From an uncultured Methanomassiliicoccales archaeon (GTDB lineage Archaea; Thermoplasmatota; Thermoplasmata; Methanomassiliicoccales; UBA472), in the NCBI GenBank assembly GCA_963695345.1, contig OY968769.1, positions 1,152,001 to 1,216,000 on the forward strand: 64,000 nucleotides of DNA, in the 5' to 3' direction. Both the position numbers and the translations under genes were made by a program. The notes under the pieces are model-generated. The model worked only from the letters and a program-made list of their open reading frames with translations. It ran no database searches and had not been told where the DNA came from. Positions 10,341 to 20,691 of this stretch are shown one piece after another. How positions within the stretch are numbered: the first letter of the stretch is position 1; every line of letters begins with the position of its first letter.

Positions 10341-11420
10341 TTACTTCTCGATATTGAGCGGGACCTGCTTCACCGAGGTGAGCATGTCCTCGTCCCAGGT
10401 GTTCTTCAGGCGCTTCCTGCCCTTCCAAGCTCCGGACTGCAGGATGTAGCCGACCAGCAGCGAAAGGCCGATCGATGCCTCGACGTAGGCGACGGACTTG
10501 TTCGCGTCCCGGTTGATCTTGCCCCAGGATTGCGCCTCCTCGAAGGTGCAGCCGGACAGTCCGCCCCACTGGGGCGTGTCCATGGTGATCTGGATGGCGT
10601 AGTGGTGACCGCCCTTGTCGTAACCGAGCGTCTCCGCGATGACCTCGATCTGCTGGATGAAGTTCTTCGGGACGCCGCCGCCGATGTAGATGACCCCGGT
10701 CTTCTCTGACTTGATCTTCATCTGGGTCAGTTCCCAGTTATCGCGTATCGAGTCCATGTGCATGAAGGGCTTCTTGGCAGCGCGGGCCCTCTGGTACAAT
10801 CCGGTCAGACCGATGCCGATGCTCGAGTCGTTGAGCGCCGGAACGAACATCGGAACACCGTACTTGCGGCAATTGTAGAGGATCGAGTTCTTGTCCTTGA
10901 CATGGTCGCCGAGGATCTCCATGAACTCCCTGGACGAGTAGCCCCGGGGTTCGAGCTTCTCTGCTATGTCACCGATGACCGCGTCGGTCTCGCGGAACTT
11001 GTCCTCATCGACCAATGTGTCGTATATCCGGTCCACGAACAGTTCCCGGAGGGCTAGGTCATCGACCCGGGGCGAGGTCTTGTAATGAGAGTATCCCTGG
11101 GCCTGGTAGAAGTCCTGGTACGGAATGGCGCCGATCGTGACGATGCCGTCGACGATACCGTACTTGACCATGTCGGCGATGACCTTTCTCAGTCCGGCCG
11201 CGACCAGCGGTCCGGCCAGACCAAGGAGGATGGTCGGCCTGGCGGGGTCCTTCAGCGCCTTCTCGTAAGCTATTCCGCAGGTGGCCAGGGCCCGACTCTG
11301 AACCGAGCTGTCCTTGTATGCCTCCATCAGGTCCTTGACGGTCGAAATGTTGTCAAAGTCAATGTGCTTGACCTTCTCCTTCATCACAGTCTTCTTGGAC
11401 AATTCGGTTTTCTTTGCCAA
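10341..11420 (-). CDS. dys: Deoxyhypusine synthase family protein
   Basis: DRIYD, PALNDSSIG, IGGGVPKN, GGLSGCTFEEAQSWGK with the catalytic Lys. Confidence 0.88.
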   Translation of the reverse strand: MAKKTELSKKTVMKEKVKHIDFDNISTVKDLMEAYKDSSVQSRALATCGIAYEKALKDPARPTILLGLAGPLVAAGLRKVIADMVKYGIVDGIVTIGAIPYQDFYQAQGYSHYKTSPRVDDLALRELFVDRIYDTLVDEDKFRETDAVIGDIAEKLEPRGYSSREFMEILGDHVKDKNSILYNCRKYGVPMFVPALNDSSIGIGLTGLYQRARAAKKPFMHMDSIRDNWELTQMKIKSEKTGVIYIGGGVPKNFIQQIEVIAETLGYDKGGHHYAIQITMDTPQWGGLSGCTFEEAQSWGKINRDANKSVAYVEASIGLSLLVGYILQSGAWKGRKRLKNTWDEDMLTSVKQVPLNIEK

Positions 11421-11488
11421 AGTTTAACCCCCAGTTACATAGGAATCTACTATTTCAAACTTAAAGAATGACAATATATAATGATGCA

Positions 11489-11662
11489 TTACTCACGTTT
11501 TTCCGGAGCCTTCCTGGGCCGGCTGCATATGGCGTAGTCATCGCCATCAAAAAAGACGTCCAATTCCGGATGCTCGGCCTGGATCTCCTCGATCTTCTTG
11601 AGAACCTCGCGCAACGTGAAGTCGCTGTTGCGGTCCAACTTAACGTGCACGGTCTTCTCCAT
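11489..11662 (-). CDS. 57-aa small protein not in the ORF track (MEKTVHVKLDRNSDFTLREVLKKIEEIQAEHPELDVFFDGDDYAICSRPRKAPEKRE)
   Basis: Read directly: ATG at 11662, TAA at 11489-11491, GGTGA SD-like motif just upstream, host-like codons, upstream TATA-like tract. Confidence 0.7.
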   Translation of the reverse strand: MEKTVHVKLDRNSDFTLREVLKKIEEIQAEHPELDVFFDGDDYAICSRPRKAPEKRE

Positions 11663-11779
11663 CTCACCACACCTGGCCGATTTCCCGATTCTTTCTAAGA
11701 TAGGTCGGAGAATATATATCCTTTTTTGGAGGAGAACCGAAGGTGATTATCTTCTCCAGTGAGGCCAGAGGAAGTCCTT

Positions 11780-13834
11780 TCATATCCTGGCCTTGTACAT
11801 GTTCCGGGGGATCTTGATCTCGAACCTGACCCCTTGACCCGCCCTGCCTTTCTCTGTTATGACCATACCGGTTATTGCCAGGATCTCTCGTGTCAGATAC
11901 ATGCCCAATCCGGTGTTCTTCCCGAAACCCCTCTCAAATACCCTCGCCTTGTCGTTGTCCTCAATGCCCACACCATCATCGAAATAAACGAGTGTGGCCT
12001 CCGCTTCGGACACGTGGAATTCGATGCCTAGATGCGAGACGTGACCGCCGTGTCTCAATGAATTGTCAATGAGATTGTAGAATACTCTCTCGACCAGCCG
12101 GTCGCAGAATATCTTGAGGTCCCCTACCGACGCTGAGGTGGTTACGTTCACCAGTTTAAGCTGTTTCAATGCCCCTTCGAACATATCATCAACCCGATAC
12201 CAGCCAGGCGGCTCACTGCCCAGGTTCTGATAGGTCTTGGCGAAGTCGATGAGAGCTTCCATCCGGGCCGAAGCGGTCTTGATCTTCGCCAGGTGGCCAT
12301 TGATCTTCGTCGGGTCGCTCTCGGAATCGGCCAGGTGGATATGGCCGTTTATGACCATGAGGTCGTTCCTGACGTCGTGCCGAGTGATGGTTGAAAGCAG
12401 GTTCAACTTCATGTTGACCGATTGGATCGAGGCGCTGAGACGCTTCAGCTCGCTTATGTCGTTGTATTCGGCAAAGACCGCCGTGACCCCCTGATACTCG
12501 ACCAGTATGGCTGAAGTGGATGCCCAGAAGGTCCCACCCCCGACGTCCCTCATCATGAGCTCGAAATCTTCCAGGTGGCCATTCTCGTCGATGGATCTGA
12601 TGACCGCGCTCCTGAGGCTTGGATTCTCATAGTAATCCTGGATCTTCGTCCTTAGGGCCTCTTCCTTGCTAATCTTGAACTGGCGCTCGGCCCTGCGATT
12701 TATGAAAAGCAGCCTGCCGTCGTCCCTTCTGGCGATGGTGATGGGGAACGGTGACGAGTCCAACAGTTCACGATATCTTTCCTCGCTCAGCCTAAGCTCG
12801 TTCTCAGCATCCTTTCTCTGCGTAATGTCCCTCAGGAGGATCAACCGGTTGCCGGGCAGACCGGACTGGGAGAGATCCACCACGGTCGCCTCAAAAATCG
12901 GATCGCCCACCTTCCCCATTGCTTCCAGTTCTTGGACGAAGTCGGAGTGGTTCGCCAATTTGTCATAGAATCTAGAGCCGGCGGACAAAATGGTCTTCAG
13001 CTCAGAGCCGACGCCCCGGGCTCCACTGAGGCCGAGCTTTGTCGCCGATGCTATGTTGTAATCGACCAACCTGTCCCTCGCATCTACCACCAGATAGAGA
13101 TCGGACATCTTATCGACCACCTCGGACCGGGCAACCGGTTTGATGTCCAGGATGTGATAGGAGAAAAGGGCCCAGAAGAATAGCACTCCGGTGGCCATCA
13201 TGGAACAGGAGGCGATGCTATAGCCCTGGATCGGAGTGAACCCGAGGTTGAAGGCCAAATCGCTTGCCGTTGGGACGAATGTCCCAATGATCAAGATTGC
13301 GGCTTGTTTTGAATAGATTGAGCGTGTTCCTTTTGCCGTGCTCAGCAAGACAATGAAAGTTACGGTGGCTATGAGATAATTGTAGAATGCGTAGATCCAG
13401 TACCAGGGGCCATTATTGAACGTAAGTACGGTGAAATCGCCGACATCGCGAACACCGAAATCATAGCGGAAAAGGTGAGTTGCGTCTGATGTCAGCATTG
13501 TGATGACGGTGAACAATGGCATCACTGTAAGGAGCATAATGTTCTCCTTGGAGAGCCATCGTACTTTTCCAGCATGGCTTGCGGACATCAGGAAATAAGC
13601 CAGTGTGATGAACGGAAGGAAAAGGAACCGAATCTTCGCGAAAAGCACCTTGTCTGAAAGAGGTCCGGCATTCAGCTCAAGGCCGTAAAAGGCCGCCCAT
13701 ATCATTCCGATGGCGATGGCGACACGAAAATACTTGGCCTCGGGAACATCCTTGTATCGGAGGCTGGAAAGGAATACTGCTGCCAATATGACGGTAGCTA
13801 TGATCTGCGGCAACACTATGGTGCTGATGGCCAT
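11780..13834 (-). CDS. Sensor histidine kinase (7TM N-terminal region, PAS domains, HisKA, HATPase)
   Basis: About seven hydrophobic segments, PAS signatures (LRDITQRK), H-box RHDVRN, N-box NLIDNSLRHG, DDGVGI, TGLGMY. Confidence 0.9.
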   Translation of the reverse strand: MAISTIVLPQIIATVILAAVFLSSLRYKDVPEAKYFRVAIAIGMIWAAFYGLELNAGPLSDKVLFAKIRFLFLPFITLAYFLMSASHAGKVRWLSKENIMLLTVMPLFTVITMLTSDATHLFRYDFGVRDVGDFTVLTFNNGPWYWIYAFYNYLIATVTFIVLLSTAKGTRSIYSKQAAILIIGTFVPTASDLAFNLGFTPIQGYSIASCSMMATGVLFFWALFSYHILDIKPVARSEVVDKMSDLYLVVDARDRLVDYNIASATKLGLSGARGVGSELKTILSAGSRFYDKLANHSDFVQELEAMGKVGDPIFEATVVDLSQSGLPGNRLILLRDITQRKDAENELRLSEERYRELLDSSPFPITIARRDDGRLLFINRRAERQFKISKEEALRTKIQDYYENPSLRSAVIRSIDENGHLEDFELMMRDVGGGTFWASTSAILVEYQGVTAVFAEYNDISELKRLSASIQSVNMKLNLLSTITRHDVRNDLMVINGHIHLADSESDPTKINGHLAKIKTASARMEALIDFAKTYQNLGSEPPGWYRVDDMFEGALKQLKLVNVTTSASVGDLKIFCDRLVERVFYNLIDNSLRHGGHVSHLGIEFHVSEAEATLVYFDDGVGIEDNDKARVFERGFGKNTGLGMYLTREILAITGMVITEKGRAGQGVRFEIKIPRNMYKARI

Positions 13835-14119
13835 TGGTCTGGTCTCGCCTTTCGGATTAGGGACCGGAATACTTAATCAATCTGGACAAAGAATCAGGAA
13901 CAGAGAATCAGAAAAGCGATCGATACCATATCTGATCTGTGATCTGAGCTCGACGGTTTTGGAGGGACGGCCCAACGCCTGAACCAACACCTGCCCCGTT
14001 GCCAATAGAATGACTGGCTGGCTACCCTTAATATCGGTTCGAAGAACCACTCGGAACATCTTATATAGAGGGCTGGGCCGTCATGAAACGATCGAAATTA
14101 CGCTTAACGGGTATTGAAA

Positions 14120-16060
14120 ATGGCTTCTAGCAAGAATTTGGACGCCGCCCCACACGAGGTCCGCCTGGACCCGGGGCCATCCACCGTCGAGGTCAGCTCC
14201 ACTTCCAAGGCCAGTGAGGGAGGGGACCTCCGGTCTTGGCTTGAAGGCGGCGATGATTTCCTATCCTGGCTCAATGAAGGAGTGGAGGATCAGAAGACCG
14301 CCGACAATAAACAGACGGCCGTCATCGAAGCCAGTTCCGAATACGTTACCGAGCTCACCGACAGGCTGAAGAAATACGAGGACGAACTCCGGCTGTTGAA
14401 GCAGAAACTGGCAGAGGCTTTCTTGGACAACACCTCGGACCAGTCCGGCAAGGATGTCGAGATCGACCTTGGCCGAAAGCTGCAGGAACTGATCGAGGCG
14501 AAGGATCAGCTGGGGCTCGAGGTGGACAGGCTTCAGAAGCTGAACAATGAGATAAAGCAACACTTCCAGCAATCGCTAGTGAACGTATCAGAGGATAAAT
14601 CGTCCCTGCTCCTGAAGGAGATCGAACTGAAAGAGAAGGAGTCCAAGCTTCTGACCCGCATGAGGGAGCTTGAACTCAGACAACGGGACGCATCAAGTTA
14701 CACATCCAAGGAGGTGGAGGCAAACCTGGAGGAGCGCTTCCACACCGAACTCAGACAGAAGGAGACCGAGTGGAGGTACAAGGAACAACAACTCCAGAAC
14801 CGCATCCAAGACATGGAGAAGGAACTCCTCCGGCTCTCGATGGACCTCAAACTGAAGGACGACAAGCTGAAGATTTTCAACATGGGCAAGCCAGATATCG
14901 AGAAGGCGGTGTCCCAGAAGTACGAGGAGATGATGGCCAAGGAGAAGGAAGCGGCCATGATGAGGAGCGAACTGGACCAGATGAAGATCCAGATCCGTGA
15001 GAAGGACGACGAGCTGAAGAAGATCAAGGACATCGTCACTTACAAGGAGGATGAGCTCAACCGCCGCGAGGAGGACATGATGTACCGGGAAAAGGTCCTC
15101 TCGGGCGAGAAGCGCAAGTTCGAAGAGACCCGCAAGGAGCTCTCTGGCACCGACGAGGTGGAACTGAAGAAGCGCATCGAAGAGCTCCGCAACGAGGTGC
15201 AGAAGAAAGAGGAGGACCTGCGCGCCAAGGAACGGTTCCTCAACGCCAAGGCCGAGGAGATCCGGATGCGTGAGTCCGGTCTGATCGAGGACGAGATCAA
15301 GGCCAGGGAAAAGGACCGGGTCCTGGAGGCGACCCAGGCAAAAGTGAAGACGGGCAACACCCGTCTGGACGATCTGCTGCTGGGCGGCATACCGTTCGGT
15401 TCCAACATCATGGTCCACGGACCGCCGTTCGTCGGCAAGGAGGTCATGGTCAACTCATTCGTCGCGGAAGGCCTCAAGAAGGGCATTCCGGCGCTTTGGG
15501 TGATCACCGACAAGACCCCCAAGGATATACGGGAAGAGATGAAGTTCGTACTATCTGGTTATGATGAGTACGAAAGGAGAGGGTTGGTCCGGTACATCGA
15601 CGCCTTCTCGCGTTCCATGGGCGACGAGTCCAAGGACGAGTATACCGTATACATCGATGAGCCGACCGACCATGAGAAGATCTCCGAGGCGGTCGAGACC
15701 ATAACCAAGACCTTCCGTGAGAATTACGAGTACTATCGCATGGCGTTCCGGTCCATCTCCACCCTTATCGCCTACTCGGACCCGAACACCGCCTTCCGGT
15801 TCCTTTCGCCATTGTGCGGTAAGCGAAAAAGGGACAAGGCCGTCTCGATGTTCACAGTCGAGAAGGGCATGCACGGCGAGCAGGAGATCCAGATGCTCGG
15901 CTCTATCATGGACGGGATGATCGATTTCAAGGTCGATCAGCTGAAGACGTTCTTCTCGATCCAGGGGATCAGCGAGGTGCAGTCCCGGGCCTACATCAGG
16001 TACACTTCATCGAAGCATGCCCTGCAGATCGGCTCGTTCGCCCTAGACCACATCAGGTAA
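14120..16060 (+). CDS. Long coiled-coil protein with a C-terminal KaiC/RAD55-like domain with degenerate motifs
   Basis: About 350 aa of heptad-rich E/K sequence, then KVKTGNTRLDDLLLGGIP, Walker A GPPFVGKE; the Walker B position reads AFRSIS. Confidence 0.82.
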   Translation: MASSKNLDAAPHEVRLDPGPSTVEVSSTSKASEGGDLRSWLEGGDDFLSWLNEGVEDQKTADNKQTAVIEASSEYVTELTDRLKKYEDELRLLKQKLAEAFLDNTSDQSGKDVEIDLGRKLQELIEAKDQLGLEVDRLQKLNNEIKQHFQQSLVNVSEDKSSLLLKEIELKEKESKLLTRMRELELRQRDASSYTSKEVEANLEERFHTELRQKETEWRYKEQQLQNRIQDMEKELLRLSMDLKLKDDKLKIFNMGKPDIEKAVSQKYEEMMAKEKEAAMMRSELDQMKIQIREKDDELKKIKDIVTYKEDELNRREEDMMYREKVLSGEKRKFEETRKELSGTDEVELKKRIEELRNEVQKKEEDLRAKERFLNAKAEEIRMRESGLIEDEIKAREKDRVLEATQAKVKTGNTRLDDLLLGGIPFGSNIMVHGPPFVGKEVMVNSFVAEGLKKGIPALWVITDKTPKDIREEMKFVLSGYDEYERRGLVRYIDAFSRSMGDESKDEYTVYIDEPTDHEKISEAVETITKTFRENYEYYRMAFRSISTLIAYSDPNTAFRFLSPLCGKRKRDKAVSMFTVEKGMHGEQEIQMLGSIMDGMIDFKVDQLKTFFSIQGISEVQSRAYIRYTSSKHALQIGSFALDHIR

Positions 16061-16102
16061 TGGGATCGTTCGATCGAGCGGGCCGATGACTCAGAAATAC
16101 GG

Positions 16103-16528
16103 TTACGCGACCTCGACACCGCTGCCCGGCTTGATCCCGCCCTTCTTCTGCACGTTGATATGCGGCAGAGGGAATGGTGGGGGAAGCTTGATGTCCCGGG
16201 CGACCAGCAGGGCGGTGGGCAGGCAATTCGCCACTACGGTGTTGTGCACGGCGTTGGCCTCGTCCAAAGGCATCGAACCGTCCTTGGCCCATTCCGCCAT
16301 GATCTCGTTGGCGTTGCCCTCACCGATGATCTGGCCCTCGATCTTGATAAAGCCCATCCCGGAATAGTTGGCGGTGAACCGAAAATCAACTGAGATCGTC
16401 TCATCCGACATCCTAACCACTTGGGTGATGCTGCTGTTCTGGTCGATACGGATGTTGGTCATGCGCTCTCCTGCTTTGGAGAAACGTTTCGCCTCGATGA
16501 CGCTCATCTCGAAGGACTTGACCTGCAT
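16103..16528 (-). CDS. Hypothetical protein with a SecB-like pattern
   Basis: Beta-rich N-terminal half, then NCLPTALLVARDIKLPPPFPLPHINV, resembling the SecB C-terminal helix/Pro motif. Confidence 0.65.
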   Translation of the reverse strand: MQVKSFEMSVIEAKRFSKAGERMTNIRIDQNSSITQVVRMSDETISVDFRFTANYSGMGFIKIEGQIIGEGNANEIMAEWAKDGSMPLDEANAVHNTVVANCLPTALLVARDIKLPPPFPLPHINVQKKGGIKPGSGVEVA

Positions 16529-16600
16529 GTTCACCATGAACCCTATCGGTGCGGGCGATATCAAACTTTGTAATGCGTCTCAGATGAAAAGGATAAGGAG

Positions 16601-16673
16601 TGCCGCAGGCCGGGCTCGAACCAGCGACTTCAAGGTCTTCAGCCTTGCACTCTCCCAGCTGAGTTACTGCGGC
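16601..16673 (-). tRNA. tRNA-Phe (GAA)
   Basis: Reverse complement GCCGCAGTAACTCAGCTGGGAGAGTGCAAGGCTGAAGACCTTGAAGTCGCTGGTTCGAGCCCGGCCTGCGGCA folds into a cloverleaf; anticodon loop CT-GAA-GA. Confidence 0.96.
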
Positions 16674-16699
16674 TTGGCGGTCAGAGAAAGTGGAGGACC

Positions 16700-16712
16700 A
16701 TTATAAAGGTTG
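16700..16712 (-). promoter_or_regulatory. Probable TATA box for tRNA-Phe
   Basis: AACCTTTATAAT on the minus strand about 30 nt upstream of the mature 5' end. Confidence 0.5.
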
Positions 16713-16901
16713 GCATGTCCCGCCCGCGTACAAAAAATGAAAGGACCGCACCCTAGAAGGCGGCAAAAAGCGTTGCGGGAGGGGTTCCCTGGCAGATGCA
16801 TCGTGTTGCGAAAAGCCTTAATTTCGCAAATAGCCAGACAGCTCAGAATGTTTAAATACTCACGATTAACTTCTTTCACGATACGATTTTGAGGAACCAG
16901 C

Positions 16902-17906
16902 ATGGTCAAAGTTGCCCTTAAAAAAAGGATTCTGAGCAGATCGAGTCGGGCTCGATGCATACGCCGTGACGAAGAGGGAGTAGCCTCCGTGATCGGCACG
17001 ATCATGGCCTTGCTGATATTCCTAACTTTCATGTCCATGTTCGTGAACACCTACATCCCCATTTGGATGAAGGAGAACGAACGGCTTCACATGAACGAGG
17101 TCCAGAACCAGATGGGTGAGGTCAAAGGTAAGATCGACAACCTCATCGTCAACGCCCAGGTGACCGGGACCAGCATGGTTAACACCTATGAGCCGATCAC
17201 CCTTGGTGCGGACGGGATCCCGCTGTTCGCTTCGGCCACCGCGGGAGGGCTCTTCCTGAGGCCTTCCGGCACAGGCACCACCAGTACCACCGTCCAGTTC
17301 AATTACACCTCCAACGGAAAGGTTACCTTCAGCGAGACCGGGGGCGGGAAGTTGGAATTCTATGCCCCCAACAGATACTATGTCGGTCAGTGGCTGGCCT
17401 ATGAGAACGGCGCCTTGATCGTCAAGCAGGACGTGGGCGAGGCGATGAAAGCATCTCCCTCGCTGGAAGTGACCAAGTCCGGGTCCACCTTCAACGTCGA
17501 GTTCACCCAGATCGACATCGTCGGGACCAACTCCACGATGTCCGGCAACGGAGTGGCCGGCGTGAACATCAACCTGATCTACCTGGACTCCCAGAAGTAT
17601 ACTCCCCATTGGAACAACCAGAACACCACGGTATACAAGTTCAACACGGTCTACCACGTGGCGCTCATGGACTTCATGAACAAGACGATAAAGGCAGCCG
17701 ACCCATTGGCCACGATAACCGCCACCAGGACCGGTACCGGCGTCGGTAGCGTCTACTCGGTGGTCGCCGCCAATGCCGGCGTCACCGAGATGACCGTCAC
17801 GGACACGATGCTGGCAGACAAGTCCCACATGGTCACGCTTCAGATAATCAACACGGGAACGCTGACGCTCAGCCGCGCCTTCGTCCAGGTCGACATCAAC
17901 GTTTAA
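16902..17906 (+). CDS. Archaeal type IV pilin-like protein (minor pilin/adhesin) with a class III signal peptide
   Basis: RRDEEG/VASVIGTIMALLIFLTF, followed by a Thr/Asn-rich beta domain; first gene of the pilus operon. Confidence 0.8.
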   Translation: MVKVALKKRILSRSSRARCIRRDEEGVASVIGTIMALLIFLTFMSMFVNTYIPIWMKENERLHMNEVQNQMGEVKGKIDNLIVNAQVTGTSMVNTYEPITLGADGIPLFASATAGGLFLRPSGTGTTSTTVQFNYTSNGKVTFSETGGGKLEFYAPNRYYVGQWLAYENGALIVKQDVGEAMKASPSLEVTKSGSTFNVEFTQIDIVGTNSTMSGNGVAGVNINLIYLDSQKYTPHWNNQNTTVYKFNTVYHVALMDFMNKTIKAADPLATITATRTGTGVGSVYSVVAANAGVTEMTVTDTMLADKSHMVTLQIINTGTLTLSRAFVQVDINV

Positions 17907-17918
17907 CGAGGTTTCAGA

Positions 17919-19647
17919 ATGACTACAGAAGCAGATCCGATGGCCCGCGGCAACAGGAGGCAGGAGCCGCTGTCAAAGGAGACCACCATGGAGAAGGCCA
18001 AGGAGGGCTACATGCGCTTCCTGAAGAAGGTAGCCCCGAACCGTGGGATCAAGGTCATGCTCCCTACCAAACTGGTGGAGCAGAAGCGCCTCCAGAAGGG
18101 TTCCCACGTCACTGACATCCCGGAGATCAAGAACCCCAACATCGAGATCCTGGAAGTTTATCCGGTCAAGGAACCTTACAGCTACATCCGGATCTCCTTC
18201 AACAACGATAACAGCGAGTACCTCTACGAGGTCATCGAGCCAGAACTTAGCCGGGAGGAGAAGGACCTTCTGGCCCTGATAAAGGACACCCTGCAGCGCA
18301 CCCTTGGCTACGAGTGGGAGAAGCTCACCGGCCTGGACAAGGAGGAGTACCTGCGGGAGAGCGTGGACTCGTTCGTCCGCACCCGGGGGATCAAGGTCGA
18401 ACCGATCACCAAGAAGAAGCTCGGTTATTACATCATCCGCGACTTCGTCGGTCACGGTGTCATCGACGTGATGATGTGCGATGACGATATCGAGGATATC
18501 TCCTGCGACGGACACAACATCCCCATCTTCATATCGCACCGGAAGTATGAATCGGTGCGGTCCAACATCATTTTCGACAACGAGGATTCGCTGAACAACT
18601 TCGTCGTGACGCTATCTCAGAGGAGCGGGAAGCAGATCTCCGTGTCCAGCCCCATCCTCGACGGGACCACCATCGAAGGACACCGCGTCCAGGCGACCTA
18701 CTCCCGGGAGGTGACGACCAGAGGTTCGACCTTCACCATCAGGCGGTTCAAGCACCGCCCGTTCACGCCGGTCGACCTGCTCAAGTACAAGACCGTCTCC
18801 CCGGAGATGATGGCGTACTTGTGGCTCGGGGTGGAGAACGGGGAATCGATGATCCTTTGCGGCGGCACGGCATCGGGAAAGACGTCGGCGCTGAACTCGC
18901 TCGCCCTTTTCATCCCTCCGGGCGCCAAGATCGTGACCATGGAGGATACCCGGGAGATAAACCTGCCCCACGAGAACTGGATCCCGGGCATGACCCGCAC
19001 CGGCGTGGGCGAGAAGGACAAGGACGGCAAGTCGGCGGGTGAGATCGACATGTTCGACCTGGTCCGCGCCGCGCTGAGGCAGCGTCCGAACTACATCATG
19101 GTCGGTGAGGTCAGGGGCAAGGAGACCTACATCATGTTCCAGGCCATGGCCACCGGTCACTCGACCTATTCCACCATGCACGCCGATTCGGTCAAGTCGC
19201 ATGGTCAACCGGCTGGAGAACCCGCCCATCAACTGCCCCAGGATACTGCTGACCGCCCTGCGCAACGTCCTCATCCAGGCCCAGGTCAGGGTGGGCAACG
19301 ACCTGGTCCGCCGCATGAAGCAGGTCATCGAGATCGTCGGTTTCGAGCCGGAGACCAATGAGCTCATCACCAACACCGTCTATGAATGGGACCAGGCGAC
19401 GGACCGGTTCATCTACAAGGGCCACTCGTTCCTTTTCGACAAGATAATGGAAATGAAGTCGCTGACCCACGACGAGATGATGACCGAGTTCCAGAGGCGG
19501 ATAGAGATCATCAATTACATGGTGTTCAAGGACATGACCGACTACCGCAAGATCTGGGCCATCACCAATGCATATTACAAGGATCCCGAGAAGACCCTAG
19601 CCAGGGTTAGGAAGGAGACCGAGGAGGGTACCAAGAATGTCGCCTGA
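17919..19647 (+). CDS. Type IV pilus/type II secretion assembly ATPase 1 (FlaI/PilB/VirB11-like; indel near 19200)
   Basis: EDISCDG, FTIRRF, GGTASGKT, EDTRE, ALRQRPNYIMVGEVRG, TGHSTYSTMHA. Confidence 0.92.
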
Positions 19648-20682
19648 AGTCTCAGATATGTTCTCCAAGGTGGATTCGAGCAAAAGCACCTACATGAAGA
19701 CCAAGAAGATCGGCGAGCACAAGAAGGAGCTGGGACCGAGGGTGGTCAGGCTGCCCGAGGGCGTCGTGCCGGACTACGTCAAGCTTACCAAGTACCAGGA
19801 GTTCTGCTGGAGGACGATCGGGCAAGACTGGTCACGCTCCGGGCAAAGCCCAACCCGAAGCAGGAGTCGCTGCTCCTTCAGGCGCACATGCGGATGCGGC
19901 AGGAGGAGTTCGTCGCATACGTGTGGATGACCACCCTGTTGGTCGCGATCCTGACCGCGCTGATAAGCGTGTTCTTCGGAGCGATCTTCATCGCCGTGCT
20001 GAACATCAGCCCGGCCTTGGCCATATTCTTCTCGGTGATGGTGGTGGTGATCCCCACCATCATGACCTACGTGGTCGTGAACAGCGATCCCGGGCTCCAA
20101 GGCCAAGATCCCGCAAGCGCGACATCGACAAGCGCATAGGCCCGGCAATGTCGTTCATCTCGGCCATGGCCTCGGCCGATGTCAACATCGATGTCATCTT
20201 CAAGGAGCTTTCCCGCCAGCCGATCTACGGGGAGATCCAGAAAGAATCGGAATGGATCACCAGGGACACGGAGCTGCTGGGCATCGATATCCTTACCGCC
20301 ATAGGCAAGGCCGCGCAGCGCACGCCGTCGCAGCGCTTCCAGGAATTCCTGCAGGGAGTGGTCACCACCTCCACCTCCGGCGGACAGCTGAAGCCGTACT
20401 TCCTGCAGAAGGCGGAGCAGTTCGAGAAGGAGCACAAGCTGGAGATCAGGGCACAGCTGGAAAGCCTGGGACTGATGGCCGAATCGTTCGTCACGGTCGT
20501 GGTCGCGTTCCCGCTGTTCCTCATCGTCATCATGGCCATCATGGCCATCGTGCCGGGCGGCGGCGGCAGCGCGGGCACCACCATAATGCTGCTCTACGCT
20601 GGTCGTGGGCCTGATGGTGCCGTTCTCCCAGTTCGGGTTCATCTTCTTCATCTGGAATTCAACCAAGGAGTCAACGATGTGA
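19637..20682 (+). CDS. Type II secretion system F family (TadC/FlaJ-like) membrane platform protein 1 (several indels)
   Basis: TM helices, GIDILTAI...TPSQRFQEFLQG, LGLMAESFVT across ORFs 19637/19888/19923; TGA at 20680-20682. Confidence 0.82.
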
Positions 20683-20691
20683 GGTGCTTAA

